A stretch of DNA of 64,000 nt from an uncultured Acidimicrobiaceae bacterium (lineage in GTDB: Bacteria > Actinomycetota > Acidimicrobiia > Spongiisociales > UBA5794), in assembly GCA_947259365.1 (NCBI GenBank), contig CAMYMC010000021.1, positions 135,816-199,815 of the forward strand, written 5' to 3'. The notes beneath the pieces were generated by a model, which did not search any database, was not told the DNA's origin, and was given only the letters and a program-made list of their open reading frames with translations. Below are positions 25,681-33,876 of the stretch, in pieces (positions within the stretch are counted from its first letter, which is position 1; every line of letters starts with the position of its first letter). A program made the position numbers and the translations under genes.

Positions 25681-26602
25681 TGAATTCGACGCGCCCGACC
25701 GTCCGGCCGCCGCCGAGGACGGGGGGATGGGCCACGCCCTCGAGCGCCTCGAGCGCTGCTTGTGACAACATCCCGAGGCGGCGCATTGCTTCCATCATGC
25801 CCATGGCGGCAACCCAATGTGACCCGGAGTCGGACTTGACCGCGATGCCGACGCCGCGCCGGCCGGCAGCGAGCAAGCCCTCGGCCCCACCCTTCACCGG
25901 CCCTCCGAACCAGGCGGCGATGCGACTCTCGGGTCGCTCGTTGCCGCCCACGAGGCCCGGGAATCTGCACATCGCCGTCCTTGCCGCGCCGTAGCGGGAG
26001 TCCTCGCTCAGGGCGGCGAACCCCAGGGCGAGACCGCGGATCGAGCCGCGCAGCGTCGGGGCGCCGCAGCCGTCGACGCCCACAGGGTGGGGATCGATGC
26101 CGGTGCATTCCGCGATCGCGTGTGCGATCGACCGCTGCAGGGGGTGGGCCGGATCGAGGTAGGACCCGGTCGGCCAACCAGCCGCCGCACACGCGGCAAG
26201 CCAGCCGGCGTGTTTCCCCGAGCAGTTGTGGAAGATGCCATCCGGTGTGCGGCGACCCGATTCTCGCACCCGCGCCGCGGCGAGGTCTCCGAGCGGCCAT
26301 GACGGAGGCGTCTGGAGATCGCGCTCGTCGAGCCCGGCGCCGGCGAGTATCGATCGGACGAGAGCGAGGTGGGCGGGAGCGCCGCTGTGACTCGAGCAGG
26401 CGACCGCGAGCTGCTCGACGTCGAGAGAGGCACCCGCCTCGAGTGCGATCGTCGCCTGGAAGGGTTTGACCGCGGAGCGGTAGTACAAGGGCCGGTCGGC
26501 GTCACCCCACCCTCCGAGCGCCTTCCCCGAGGCGTCGACGACGACCGCCCGGGTGTGGTGGACCGACTCGATGAGCCCGCTACGTGTCGTCTCGGCGCGC
26601 AC
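25673..26602 (-). CDS. asparaginase II family protein
   Basis: 309 aa with YYRSAVKPFQA, SSHSG, NCSGKHAG and VDGCGAP motifs. Confidence 0.85.
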   Translation of the reverse strand: MRAETTRSGLIESVHHTRAVVVDASGKALGGWGDADRPLYYRSAVKPFQATIALEAGASLDVEQLAVACSSHSGAPAHLALVRSILAGAGLDERDLQTPPSWPLGDLAAARVRESGRRTPDGIFHNCSGKHAGWLAACAAAGWPTGSYLDPAHPLQRSIAHAIAECTGIDPHPVGVDGCGAPTLRGSIRGLALGFAALSEDSRYGAARTAMCRFPGLVGGNERPESRIAAWFGGPVKGGAEGLLAAGRRGVGIAVKSDSGSHWVAAMGMMEAMRRLGMLSQAALEALEGVAHPPVLGGGRTVGRVEFSD

Positions 26603-27151
26603 CTACAGGAGGTCGTCGACGCTGGCGCCGCCCTCCCGGTAGCGGCGGCTCAACTCGTCGAGGATCAGCTCATAGGCGTCGTACACGGTTCGCCGTTGCG
26701 CCGAGACGGCTTGCTCCACGGCGGCCAGTGACGCCTGGATCTCCTCGAGTTCTGCCGTCTCGATCGTGGGGAGGTGAGTGAGGAAGTCGTCGCCGAGTGC
26801 TCGGTCGATGTCGCGTCTGCCCGTCGCCGGAGTCTCCGGCGGCTCAACGGGCAGCGCCCGTTGCGACAAGAGGTCGTCGACGGTGCCGGTCTGCGGGGTG
26901 ACGTCGCTGTCGGCGAGGATTTCCGGCAGCGCCTCCATGAGTGTTCGGAGCTCCTCACCTCTGCGGCGCCGAAGCTCGAAGGCGAGCAGGTCCATACGGC
27001 CGTGGAGGAGGCGGCGATAGTACGAGAGCTCCGTGTCGAGATCGGCACAGAGTGTGCGCCGGGACCGGAGCTCGTCGATGGAGAGCGTCTCGAGTGCAGT
27101 CGTGAAGGCCGGATCGGCAACGATGTCGATCCTGCGGCGGTTCTGTTCCAG
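26603..27151 (-). CDS. RsiG-like (anti-sigma / aerial-mycelium-formation-type) coiled-coil protein; start codon unresolved
   Basis: The track ORF starts at the ATG at 26995. High-GC3 coding sequence and a conserved-looking helix (LSIDELRSRRTLCADLDTELSYYRRLLHGRMDLLAFEL) continue upstream to a TAG at 27197-27199. That stretch has no in-frame ATG, GTG or TTG. The 5' end is drawn at a CTG preceded by AAAGGGA. Confidence 0.5.
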   Translation of the reverse strand: MEQNRRRIDIVADPAFTTALETLSIDELRSRRTLCADLDTELSYYRRLLHGRMDLLAFELRRRRGEELRTLMEALPEILADSDVTPQTGTVDDLLSQRALPVEPPETPATGRRDIDRALGDDFLTHLPTIETAELEEIQASLAAVEQAVSAQRRTVYDAYELILDELSRRYREGGASVDDLL

Positions 27152-27273
27152 GGTCGTTCCCTTTCGTTCGGGCTCTCCGTCCGGCCCGGCTTCAGGCTAG
27201 TTGGGCGCCCGGTGGGCGGCGGCGCATCTCTTTCGTGCACGTGGTGCGTCCGTCGAGGCGGCCGCCTGGGGCA

Positions 27274-28362
27274 TCAGCAGGTTCGACGCAGCGTCTGATA
27301 GGGGTTGACGGCCGCTCCGTGACCGGGGTGGAGCTGGAAATGGAGATGGGGGGATGTCCCGATGGCGTTCCCGCTGGTGCCGACGTAGCCGATCGGGTCG
27401 CCCGGCCCGACTCGCTGGCCCGACGTGACACCGGGAACGTAACCCTCGAGATGTGCGTAGTAGTAAGTCAGCCCGTGGTCGGCGCGCAAGAAGGCGACGA
27501 TGCCACCGAGGTTGTTCGACTTGAGGCTCACGACCCCGGCGGCGACGGCCACTACCGGCGTGCCGCGAGGGGCGAACAGGTCGGTTCCCTTGTGGGTCCG
27601 GCCTCCGGAGCGGGGGAAACCCCAGCTGTCGATGAACTGGGAGCCCGGCACCGGACACGTGAATCCGGGGGTGACGTCCTCACCGACCCCGGCGGCGGCA
27701 CCGCGTCGCCGGGCGGCCGCGATCGCGGCGAGGCGGGACTGCTCGGCTTCGTAGGCCTCGAGCTCGACGGCAGCGTGCGCCCGGGCGTCTGAGTAGGCGG
27801 CAGCGGCTTCGCGCTGGAGGACCTCGACCCGCTCCACAACGGCTTCGGCCTCTTCGCGGAGGTCGGCGACCCGAGCCTGGTCGAGCGCGAGCGAGCCCTT
27901 GAGGCGGTCCAGCTCGCGCCGGACCACTTCGAGCCGCCCGGCTGCGGCGAGGTCGCTGCCGGCAGCTCGGTCGAGGATCAAGCGGCCGGTCAAGATGTCC
28001 TGGATCGAGGACGCGCTCAGCGCGATGTCGAGCAGCTCCCTGCCGCCCGTCTTGTAGGCGGCGACCACCGTGCCCTCGGCCCGCCGCCGCAGATCGACGA
28101 GTTCGGCCTCCTGGTCCCGCACCCGGTCGACGAGCAGCGTGATCCGGTAGGTGAGGTCCTCGAGCTCGGCGTTGACGGTCTCGTAGTCCAAGAGCGCGTC
28201 GGCGAGCTGCGCGTCGGCCGCGCGCAGCCGGGTGAGCGCTTCGTCTCTCGCAGCGTTGGCCCGTTCCACGTCCTCTTTCGTCTGGGCCGAGGCCCCTACC
28301 GGTGAGAGCGCAAGCACGGAGAGCACGAGCACGAGCGCAAGCGAACGCCTGCTCCTCGCCAT
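27274..28362 (-). CDS. M23-family peptidoglycan metalloendopeptidase with N-terminal coiled coil
   Basis: Signal peptide LALVLVLSVLALSPVGASA, then a long coiled coil. C-terminal HKGTDLFAP and GTSPHLHFQLH motifs. Confidence 0.85.
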   Translation of the reverse strand: MARSRRSLALVLVLSVLALSPVGASAQTKEDVERANAARDEALTRLRAADAQLADALLDYETVNAELEDLTYRITLLVDRVRDQEAELVDLRRRAEGTVVAAYKTGGRELLDIALSASSIQDILTGRLILDRAAGSDLAAAGRLEVVRRELDRLKGSLALDQARVADLREEAEAVVERVEVLQREAAAAYSDARAHAAVELEAYEAEQSRLAAIAAARRRGAAAGVGEDVTPGFTCPVPGSQFIDSWGFPRSGGRTHKGTDLFAPRGTPVVAVAAGVVSLKSNNLGGIVAFLRADHGLTYYYAHLEGYVPGVTSGQRVGPGDPIGYVGTSGNAIGTSPHLHFQLHPGHGAAVNPYQTLRRTC

Positions 28363-28435
28363 GTGAGCGCGACCTTAGCGGTGATTTCGCGAGGTGAGGT
28401 TCACCACCGGATCCGGCGCGAAACGGACGCCGGCA

Positions 28436-29428
28436 TCAGGTGAGCAGCCAAATCGCCAGCCAGAACACGGCGGCGCCCATCATGGGCCCGTCGAACGCGG
28501 TGAGCAGGCCGGGCGCCCGCACCGTGTGGTAGACGCGGCCGAGGCGGATCGTCGCCCCGACCGTCCGGCCGGCGATGAGCCCGCCGCCGGTCAGCGCTCC
28601 GGCCAGGATGGCGTTCACGATGTCGATCGTGTCTGTGAGGTAGCCCGCGACGGCGCCCGCCAGGAGCGAGACCACCAGCGCCGCGACGTTCGGGTCGACG
28701 GCGCGGCGCTGGCCCTCGGGTCGCTGCGCCCACCAGGCGGCGGCGGCGCCGGAGGCCGTCACCGCGAGGAGGGTTCCCGTTTCGGCGGGGGAGCGGAGGG
28801 CGACGATGACGCCAGCCCCGACGCCGACCGCGCCGGTGAGCCCGGCGAGCAGCGACGCCGCGACCGAGTCGATCGTGCGCTGTGAGCGATCGAGCACGGC
28901 CCAGGCGAGCACGACGGCGACCCCGACGGCAATCCCGCCGGCGAGGCCCGCGATGCCCCAGCGATAGGCGCCGTTGCCGGCGGCGGCCACTGCCAGCATC
29001 GCGGGGATCATCCGCACCGTCCGGCCCCGCGCCGTGTAGACGTCGCGGAGGTCCCACAACCACGCAACGGCTGCGCCGATGATGGCGACGACGAACGCCT
29101 CGGGTGACGCGAGGTTGGCAACGACGAGCGTGCCGAACAGCCCGACGACCAACAGCGGGGCAAGCGTGTCGGTCTCGGTCCCGCTCGCCACGGCGCCTCC
29201 GGACACCGGTGGGATGACGGCGATCTCATCGGAGTCGCCCACCGGCGTCGATCGGTCGGCTTGATCCCCGTTCACCCAGACCTGGGCAGTCTCGAGTCCC
29301 GCCGCGAACGTCTCGCCGTAGGCCTCCACCGCCCGGTCGAGCACCATCCCCACGGTCGCGCCGTCGATTTCGACGACGCTGGTGCCTGCGGTCTCTCTGA
29401 GGTTGGCGAACAGACGAAGCGTTGCCAT
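28436..29428 (-). CDS. MoaD/ThiS-like beta-grasp domain fused in-frame to a polytopic membrane domain
   Basis: The N-terminal ~80 aa are MATLRLFANLRETAG...DSDEIAVIPPVSGG. They run on without a stop into ~250 aa containing about 7-8 hydrophobic helices. Confidence 0.65.
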   Translation of the reverse strand: MATLRLFANLRETAGTSVVEIDGATVGMVLDRAVEAYGETFAAGLETAQVWVNGDQADRSTPVGDSDEIAVIPPVSGGAVASGTETDTLAPLLVVGLFGTLVVANLASPEAFVVAIIGAAVAWLWDLRDVYTARGRTVRMIPAMLAVAAAGNGAYRWGIAGLAGGIAVGVAVVLAWAVLDRSQRTIDSVAASLLAGLTGAVGVGAGVIVALRSPAETGTLLAVTASGAAAAWWAQRPEGQRRAVDPNVAALVVSLLAGAVAGYLTDTIDIVNAILAGALTGGGLIAGRTVGATIRLGRVYHTVRAPGLLTAFDGPMMGAAVFWLAIWLLT

Positions 29429-29471
29429 GCGCACCCGAAGCCAGCTAGCGGTCGCGGGTCGAGGCTAGTGC

Positions 29472-29514
29472 CCCGCCTCACGACCTTCGCCGCGCCGGGG
29501 CCGGATCTCGACGC
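29472..29514. repeat. 43-bp direct repeat, copy 1
   Basis: CCCGCCTCACGACCTTCGCCGCGCCGGGGCCGGATCTCGACGC, 42/43 identical to copy 2. Confidence 0.85.
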
Positions 29515-29634
29515 CCCCGGCTGCGTCCTCCTCCTCGACGCATTGCCCGAATGCGCCCTCGTCGTGCGTCCTTGCCGGCTGACGCCGATCCCTCGGCCCC
29601 GCCATCACCGACGCCGTGCGGCGGGGCACCCGTA

Positions 29635-29677
29635 CCCGCCTCAGGACCTTCGCCGCGCCGGGGCCGGATCTCGACGC
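29635..29677. repeat. 43-bp direct repeat, copy 2
   Basis: CCCGCCTCAGGACCTTCGCCGCGCCGGGGCCGGATCTCGACGC, located 163 bp from copy 1 in the same intergenic region. Confidence 0.85.
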
Positions 29678-29687
29678 TGCGGCCGGC

Positions 29688-30407
29688 TCAGTCGGGACGC
29701 GAGCCGTTGCGAACGAGTCCGACGAGCTCCGCCTGCGAATGCACGCTCAGCTTGCGGAACATCGACTTGAGGTGGTTCCGGACCGTGTGCTCGCTGACCT
29801 CGAGCTGCTCGGCGATCGACGTCACGCGGTGACCCTCGAGCAGGCGGTCGAGGACCTCGGTCTCGCGTGGCGAGAGCCTTCCCAGCTCCGGGACCGCTGC
29901 CTTGTGACGCACAGAGGCGGCGTTCGTCGCCACCCCGATGCGCTCGAGCTCGGCGGCGATCCTGCGCATGCCCTCCTCGAGCTGGCTCTGGCGTGCCGGG
30001 TCCGCCTCTTCCTTGGCGACCGGCGCCCGGTCGGGAACGATGAGCCAGATCAGCGGCACCGCCGAGGCCTGGGTGCCGCGCATCGGGATGAGCTTGATGA
30101 GCGCGGGGATCTCCCGTCCCGTTGCGGTGAGGAGACGCCACTCGAGCGAGACGATCTCACGCCCGATCCGCCCCTCGAGGGCCTGTTGCAGGTACTGGCT
30201 GTAGCGGGTCTGCTGATCCTCCGGCAGCCACGACGGGGCCATCGGATCCTCACCCCCGTCGCAGGGGTCGACGCCGAGGATGTCCCCCAGAGCCGGGTTT
30301 GCATACGTACGGTGGCCGTATTCGTCTGTGATGAGCACGCCGTCACTCATCGCCGTCAGCAGCGATTGGAGCGGCACGACCACCTGCATGGCGGTGGTCT
30401 TGCTCAT
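29688..30407 (-). CDS. PAS-domain LuxR-family transcriptional regulator
   Basis: 239 aa with an N-terminal PAS-like segment (GVLITDEYGHRTYANPALGDILG). The C-terminal HTH is LSPRETEVLDRLLEGHRVTSIAEQLEVSEHTVRNHLKSMFRKL. Confidence 0.85.
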   Translation of the reverse strand: MSKTTAMQVVVPLQSLLTAMSDGVLITDEYGHRTYANPALGDILGVDPCDGGEDPMAPSWLPEDQQTRYSQYLQQALEGRIGREIVSLEWRLLTATGREIPALIKLIPMRGTQASAVPLIWLIVPDRAPVAKEEADPARQSQLEEGMRRIAAELERIGVATNAASVRHKAAVPELGRLSPRETEVLDRLLEGHRVTSIAEQLEVSEHTVRNHLKSMFRKLSVHSQAELVGLVRNGSRPD

Positions 30408-30610
30408 GATCCTTCCCCCAGCGGGTCCCTGGCGACCCGACCCATGGCATCCACTACGCGATACCCCCTTTTCCGTCTAAGCCCCACCAGCGCAGGAAGG
30501 GTATGTGTCCGGCGCTTCATCGCAGGTTACCCCCTAGACCATCTCCAGGGGGAGGGGTTTCGTGGGGTCGAGGAGGAACTAGTCACCGGTCGTTCCCGGC
30601 TCGCAGCGCT

Positions 30611-30646
30611 GTCCGATTATCGGTGATGATCTCTTGAATATCGGAC
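30611..30646. promoter_or_regulatory. candidate operator in the divergent LuxR/IclR promoter region
   Basis: GTCCGAT-TATCGG...(AT-rich)...ATATCGGAC. The inverted repeat GTCCGAT/ATCGGAC (30611-17 / 30640-46) and the inner palindrome CCGATTATCGG lie 23 nt upstream of the IclR-type gene. Confidence 0.3.
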
Positions 30647-30668
30647 ACCAACGTCGTAGCGTGAGACC

Positions 30669-31388
30669 ATGCCGGAGACGTCGAAGACCGTGCATCACGC
30701 CCTCGACGTCCTGGGCCACCTGCGGGCCGAGGGCCCGGCGCCTGCGGCATCGATCGCAGCCCGTCTCGGTCTCTCCCGGACCGTCGTGGCGCGCTTGCTC
30801 GCAACGTTGGCGGCACACGATCTCGTGCGTCGGACCGACGGCGGGTTCGCGGTAGGGCTCGGCATCCTCGAGCTCGCGGCCGGTGTCGAGCCCCGGCTTC
30901 GCGACGCGGCCAGGCCCGTCCTCACCGATCTCGCCGACCGCTTCCAGGAGACGGCCGTGCTCGCGGTGCGACAAGGAACGTACGCCGTCGCGGTCGACGG
31001 CGTGGTGCCGGGCGGGCGCGTCGTGAGGGTTCACTACCAGCCGGGCACCCGCCATCTGCTCACAGAGGCCGCACACGGGCGGTGCATGCTCGCATCGCTG
31101 GCTCCGGATGACCCTGCAGCGGTCGCCGCCGACGGTCTCGACGCCGTCCGCCGCGCCGGCTACGCCACGTCACACGACGAGCTCGAGCCGGGCGTCTCGG
31201 GGCTGGCGGCACCCGTGATCGACGGACGCGGCGTCGTTGCCGCCGTCGGCGTGGTGGCACCGACGGGGCGCATGCCCGGCGAGGCGGAGCTGGCAGACGC
31301 CGTGTGCGCCGCAGCCGCTCGCATCACCGCGGCGCTTCGCGGCGGGAACCGGCCGGAGACGGCAGTCGCATCGTCGTCGAGGACCTGA
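30669..31388 (+). CDS. IclR-family transcriptional regulator (HmgR-like by context)
   Basis: 239 aa with the N-terminal wHTH ALDVLGHLRAEGPAPAASIAARLGLSRTVVARLLATL and a C-terminal effector domain (HDELEPGVSGLAAPV). It sits directly upstream of hmgA. Confidence 0.8.
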   Translation: MPETSKTVHHALDVLGHLRAEGPAPAASIAARLGLSRTVVARLLATLAAHDLVRRTDGGFAVGLGILELAAGVEPRLRDAARPVLTDLADRFQETAVLAVRQGTYAVAVDGVVPGGRVVRVHYQPGTRHLLTEAAHGRCMLASLAPDDPAAVAADGLDAVRRAGYATSHDELEPGVSGLAAPVIDGRGVVAAVGVVAPTGRMPGEAELADAVCAAAARITAALRGGNRPETAVASSSRT

Positions 31389-31406
31389 GACGGAAGGAGG
31401 AGAGCC

Positions 31407-32567
31407 GTGCCGTACTACCGCAGCGTCGGGGAGATCCCGGCCAAGCGTCACACCCGCTTCTACAAGCCCGACGGTGGTCTGTTCGCCGAGGAGCTCATGG
31501 GGGAGGAAGGGTTCAGCTTCGACTCGGCGCTCCTCTACCACATCAACCCTCCAACGCGCCTCGTCTCCGTGGATCCCGTCGCCACCGAGCCCCAGGAGAC
31601 GACGCCGAACCATCCCCTTCGCCCCCGGCACTTCCGCACGCACGAGCTGAAATCGGGCGGTGATCTCGTCACCGGGCGCCATCTCCTCCTGGCCAACGAC
31701 GACGTACGGATCTCGTACGTCGCTGCCGGCCAGACGAGCGACCTGACGAAGAACGCCATGGGTGACGAGCTGGTGTTCATCGAGGAAGGATCCGGCACCC
31801 TCGACACCGTCTTCGGATCGCTCGAGTTCGCCAAGGGCGACCACGTCGTCGTCCCGGCTTCGACGATCCACAGATGGGTGACCGGGGCGGAGACGGTGCG
31901 GGCCCTCGTCGTCGAGACGCGAGCGCACATCGGCCCGCCCCGGCGGTATCTGTCCCGCAACGGCCAGTTCCTCGAGCACGCCCCCTACTGCGAGCGAGAC
32001 ATCCGCGGTCCCTCCGAGCCCCTCATCGTCGAGGGGTCGGACGTCGAGGTGTTCGTGAGGCATCGCAACGGCACGACGAGGTACACGTACGCCCGCCACC
32101 CGTTCGACGTCGTCGGCTGGGATGGCTGCCTCTACCCGTGGGCGTTCTCGATCTACGACTTCGAGCCGATCACCGGGAGGATCCATCAGCCGCCGCCGGT
32201 GCATCAGACCTTCGAGGCGCCCAACCTCGTCGTCTGTGCGTTCGTGCCCCGCAAGTTCGACTACCACCCGCAGGCGATCCCGGCCCCGTACAACCACTCG
32301 AACGTCGACAGCGACGAGGTGCTCTTCTACGTCGACGGGAACTTCATGAGCCGTAAGGGGAGCGGGATCGAAGCCGGCTCCGTCTCCCTTCATCCCGGAG
32401 GGCACACGCACGGTCCCCAGCCCGGTTCGGTCGAAGCGAGCCTCGACGTCGAAGCCACCGAAGAGTACGCGGTCATGGTCGACACGTTCCGCCCCCTCGA
32501 CCTCGGCCCCGGCGGCCGCGACAGCGAGGATGACAAGTACGCGTGGTCGTGGCTGGAAGGGCGATGA
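31407..32567 (+). CDS. hmgA: homogentisate 1,2-dioxygenase
   Basis: 386 aa. GTG start preceded by GGAAGGAGGAG. Sequence includes YYRSVGEIPAKRHT, GRIHQPPPVHQTF, NHSNVDSDEVLFY and SLHPGGHTHGP. Confidence 0.88.
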   Translation: MPYYRSVGEIPAKRHTRFYKPDGGLFAEELMGEEGFSFDSALLYHINPPTRLVSVDPVATEPQETTPNHPLRPRHFRTHELKSGGDLVTGRHLLLANDDVRISYVAAGQTSDLTKNAMGDELVFIEEGSGTLDTVFGSLEFAKGDHVVVPASTIHRWVTGAETVRALVVETRAHIGPPRRYLSRNGQFLEHAPYCERDIRGPSEPLIVEGSDVEVFVRHRNGTTRYTYARHPFDVVGWDGCLYPWAFSIYDFEPITGRIHQPPPVHQTFEAPNLVVCAFVPRKFDYHPQAIPAPYNHSNVDSDEVLFYVDGNFMSRKGSGIEAGSVSLHPGGHTHGPQPGSVEASLDVEATEEYAVMVDTFRPLDLGPGGRDSEDDKYAWSWLEGR

Positions 32568-32631
32568 CGGCGACCGGGCCGGTTTCCGGCATCCGACACC
32601 GGGCGGGCGCCCGCCGACCCCCGGTGGCGCC

Positions 32632-33876
32632 GTGACCGGGCGCACGGTCGACCCCACCCTGCGCTCGTGGGTTCCTGTCCCGGCGGGATCCGACTTCCCC
32701 ATCCAGAACCTCCCGTTCGGGGTCTTCGAAGACGAGCGCGGCCGCCGGGTCGGGGTCGCGATCGGCGAACACGTCCTCGACCTGCGCGCGGTCCACGACG
32801 CGGGCATCATCCGCCTCGAGGCCGACGAGGCCGCCGCCGTCTCGCTGAACCCGATGCTCGGGTCCCGGGCCCGACTCGGCGCGATCCGGCACCGCGCCTC
32901 GGAGCTGCTCACCGAGGGCAACGAGGAGCTCTTCGGAATCCCCGGCCGCGGAATCGTGCCCCTGGAGCAGGTGACGCTCCAATTGCCCCTCGAGGTCCCC
33001 GACTACGTGGACTTCTACTCGTCGCTGCACCACGCCACCAACCTGGGACGTATGTTCCGTCCCGACGCCGAGCCGCTGCCGCCGAACTGGAGGCACCTGC
33101 CGGTCGGCTACCACGGGCGGTCGGCCACCATCGTCCTCAGCAGCACCGACGTCCGCCGCCCGTGGGGCCAGCACACGCCGCCCGCCGGCGACCCGGTGTT
33201 CGGCCCCTCCACCCGGCTCGATTTCGAGCTCGAGGTCGGCTTCGTCACCTGCGGCGACGTCCCCGCCGGCCGGCCGATTCCCGTCGACCGGGCGGAAGAG
33301 CACATCGCCGGTCTCGTGCTGGTCAACGACTGGTCGGCTCGCGACATCCAGGCGTGGGAGTACGTCCCGCTCGGGCCGTTCCTCGGCAAGAGCTTCGCCA
33401 CGACGATCTCGCCGTGGCTCGTGACCCTCGACGCCCTCGCTCCGTACCGGGTGCCGGCACCCCCCCAGCACCCGGAGCCCCTCCCCCACCTGCGCGCCGA
33501 CCCGAACCTCGGCCTCGACCTCGAGCTCGAGGTCGACCTCAACGCGACGACGATCGCGCGCACGACCTTCCGCGACATGTACTGGACGATGTCCCAGCAG
33601 CTCGCCCATGTGTCGAGCAATGGCGCCGTGGTGCGAGCGGGCGACCTCTATGCGTCGGGCACGGTGTCGGGCCCAGACCAGGGCACGTTCGGGAGCCTCA
33701 TCGAGCTCGCCGAGGACGGTGCACGTCCTCTCCGGCTCGGGGACGGTTCGGAGCGGGCGTTTCTCGAGGACGGCGACACGGTGACGATGCGGGGGTTCTG
33801 TGACGACGGGCGGGTGAGGATCGGCTTCGGAGCGAACGTCGGGACGATCGTCCCGGCTCCCGACGAGAGAGGATGA
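32632..33876 (+). CDS. fahA: fumarylacetoacetase
   Basis: Sequence includes SWVPVPAGSDFPIQNLPFGVF, VDFYSS, GYHGRS and NDWSARDIQAWEYVPLGPF. The GTG start was chosen to give the usual short N-terminus. The track ORF starts earlier, at 32530. Confidence 0.85.
   Translation: MTGRTVDPTLRSWVPVPAGSDFPIQNLPFGVFEDERGRRVGVAIGEHVLDLRAVHDAGIIRLEADEAAAVSLNPMLGSRARLGAIRHRASELLTEGNEELFGIPGRGIVPLEQVTLQLPLEVPDYVDFYSSLHHATNLGRMFRPDAEPLPPNWRHLPVGYHGRSATIVLSSTDVRRPWGQHTPPAGDPVFGPSTRLDFELEVGFVTCGDVPAGRPIPVDRAEEHIAGLVLVNDWSARDIQAWEYVPLGPFLGKSFATTISPWLVTLDALAPYRVPAPPQHPEPLPHLRADPNLGLDLELEVDLNATTIARTTFRDMYWTMSQQLAHVSSNGAVVRAGDLYASGTVSGPDQGTFGSLIELAEDGARPLRLGDGSERAFLEDGDTVTMRGFCDDGRVRIGFGANVGTIVPAPDERG

Noticed and set aside
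32530-32631. Earlier ATG start for fahA overlapping hmgA by 38 nt
   Set aside because: The extra 34 residues are Gly/Arg/Pro-rich, and homologues start about 12 aa before the SWV motif. The GTG at 32632 was preferred.
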